From an uncultured Gammaproteobacteria bacterium (GTDB lineage: Bacteria > Pseudomonadota > Gammaproteobacteria > Steroidobacterales > Steroidobacteraceae), in contig CAWALM010000011.1 in assembly GCA_963782845.1 (NCBI GenBank), positions 255 to 64,254 of the forward strand: DNA of 64,000 bases, read 5' to 3'. The position numbers and the translations under genes are program-made. The stretch's first letter is position 1; each line of letters opens with the position of its first letter. The notes under the pieces were generated by a model. That model saw only the letters and a list, made by a program, of their open reading frames with translations. It searched no databases and was not told the DNA's origin. Of the stretch, positions 62,522-64,000 are shown piece by piece.

Positions 62522-63987
62522 ATGAAGATCAAGCCTCTCCACGCGTGCATGCTTGATCCGAAGATCTTCGGCCGCACGTTCGGCGGCCCGACGTTCGCGG
62601 CCTGGCGCGCTGTTGCGAAAATTCTCGAGGCTGCGCCGCTCGACAAGGCCGAGCTTGCGCTCTATCAGCAGATCACCGGCCGCGAGCAGCCGCCGACTGC
62701 GCCCTTCACCGAGGCGTATCTCATCAAGCCCCGCCGTGCCGGCGGCACGCTGTTCGCCGCGGCTCTCGGCCTGCATGCCGCGCTTCAGGACTATCGCAAG
62801 CGCCTCGGCCCGGCGAGGTCGCGACCGTGGCGATGATCGCAGTGGACCGCAAGCAAGCGCGCCAGCTGATGAACTACGTCGGGGGACTGATCGATGACAG
62901 TCCGGTCATCGCTGCCGAGGTGTCCGATCGCACGCGGGAAACCATCACGTTCGCGCATCGGATGCAGCTCGAGGTTCACACGGGCAGCTTTCGCAGCACC
63001 CGCGGCTATAGCTACGCGGCCGTGATTCTTGATGAAATGGCCTACATGCGCGATGAGTTCAGCGCGACTCCCGACATCGAACTAGTGCGCGCAGTGAAGC
63101 CGGGACTTGCGAACCTGGGCGGGCCGACTGCTTGGTCTGTCGTCACCGCACAGCCGGCGCGGGCACCTGTACGCGATGTGGCAGCGCACTACGGCAAGCC
63201 CTCCGACGTGTTGGTGATCCAGGCCGGCGGCCCGGTGTTCAATCCGACCATCAGCGCGAAACTCATCGAGCGCGCCCGCGCCGAGGACCCGATCGCGGCG
63301 CGCTCCGAGTGGGACGCGCAGTTTCGCGAGGACATCAGCCAATGGCTCGCCGATGAACTGCTCGAGGCGGCGCGCGAAGGCCGCACCGGCGGCAAGAAGC
63401 ATGCCCCGTGGCATTCGTGGACATGTAGCGGCGGCCGTCACGATGCCTCTTGCATAGGGATCGCACACGCCGAGGATGTGGGTCAGTCGTCGGATCGCGC
63501 GCAACCGCGCCTCGTGCTGGATGTGCTCGAGCATGTCCGTGCGCCGCATGAGCCCGCGATTGTGGTCGAGCGTTTCTGCCGCATCCTGAAGGACTGACGC
63601 ATCAGCAAAGTCGTCGGCGATCGCTACGGCGCCGAGTGGGTCTCGAGTTCGTTCAAGGATCGCGGCATCAGCTACGAGTCTTCCGAGCTGGACAAGTCTT
63701 CGATCTACATGGAGGTACTGCCGGCCTTCTCCGAGCGGCGCGTCACGCTGATCGATGACAAGCGGCTCATCACGGAGCTACGCATGCTCGAGCGCAAACC
63801 GCGCGCCGGCGGCAAGGCGGACGTGGTGGATCACGCGCCGAACATGCACGACGATGCCGCGAATGCCTGTTGCGGTGCCTTGTGGCTCGCGGGTGCCAAG
63901 CGCGGAGGCAGCGTCTTTGAGGTGGGCATGCCCGATTTCGCGAGAGCTATGCGCGGGATACAATCGCGTGGTGGGTTTTCGCTATGA
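62522..63987 (+). pseudogene. phage terminase large subunit with about five apparent frameshifts and an in-frame TGA at 63595-63597
   Basis: Pieces: MKIKPLHACMLDPKIFGRTF...KPRRAGGTLFAAALGL...RKRLGP / GEVATVAMIAVDRKQARQL...RGYSYAAVILDEMAYM...LANLGG / LLGLSSPHSRRGHLYAMWQR / HYGKPSDVLVIQAG...NPTI...EDPIAARSEWDAQFRED / AFVDM / SGGRHDASCIGIAHAED...ILKD*RISKVVGDRYGAEW...VDHAPNMHDDAANA. The nuclease-domain ending and the ILDE Walker B-like block fit TerL. Confidence 0.7.
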
Positions 63988-64000
63988 CGGGCGCCGTCGT

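Larger units (their letters stand above)
56583..64000. mobile_element. integrated phage-like element inserted at tRNA-Pro, heavily decayed; the right end lies beyond the window
   Basis: A partial tRNA core lies at the left junction. It is followed by a P4-type integrase, an AlpA-like gene, primase, a RepA-like ATPase, iteron-like repeats, a small phage protein and the terminase large subunit. GC dips at 56.6-56.8 kb and 61.8-62.1 kb. Confidence 0.7.

Overview
High-GC (about two-thirds G+C by eye) proteobacterial chromosomal segment. About 53 kb is core metabolism and housekeeping, followed by a lower-GC accessory tail. Long Arg/Ala/Gly-rich ORFs antisense to real genes are abundant and were ignored. 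Core genes, left to right: partial class II DAHP synthase; ALDH7-type aldehyde dehydrogenase; hrpA; mazG; a CoA-type Nudix hydrolase; fumC; purB; mnmA; acnA; an M16 peptidase pair; a transglutaminase-like protein; a ketopantoate-reductase-like gene; a HAD phosphatase; class I DAHP synthase plus kynA; a YgjP-like metalloprotease; tatD; a thrA-thrB-thrC operon ending in a translationally coupled NERD gene; xdhC-like; ygiQ; a DegP/MucD protease; an unusual Ser/Thr-kinase and CheA-like ATPase pair; a large secreted S8 protease with a GlyGly-CTERM-like tail; a second ALDH; an attEFGH-like ABC transporter; and a thiolase/MaoC/flavin-oxidoreductase/hydroxyacid-dehydrogenase cluster. From about 53.9 kb the sequence becomes visibly AT-richer. 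That stretch holds a secreted tail-fibre-like repeat protein with a peptidase-S74 C-terminus and a decayed paralogous fragment upstream of it. A 49-nt 3' fragment of tRNA-Pro(GGG) follows at 56583-56631 and marks one end of an integrated phage-like element. The element carries a P4-type integrase, an AlpA-like gene, primase, a RepA-like ATPase, iteron-like repeats and terminase genes, and it runs off the right edge of the window. The main cross-cutting observation is a large, non-uniform set of reading-frame disruptions. There are five isolated ones in core genes, including thrC at a C7 run, and six in the ABC transporter. By hand translation the integrated element has about 16 frameshifts and 3 in-frame stops. 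I cannot tell real decay from sequencing indels using sequence alone. No rRNA, intact tRNA or CRISPR array was seen.
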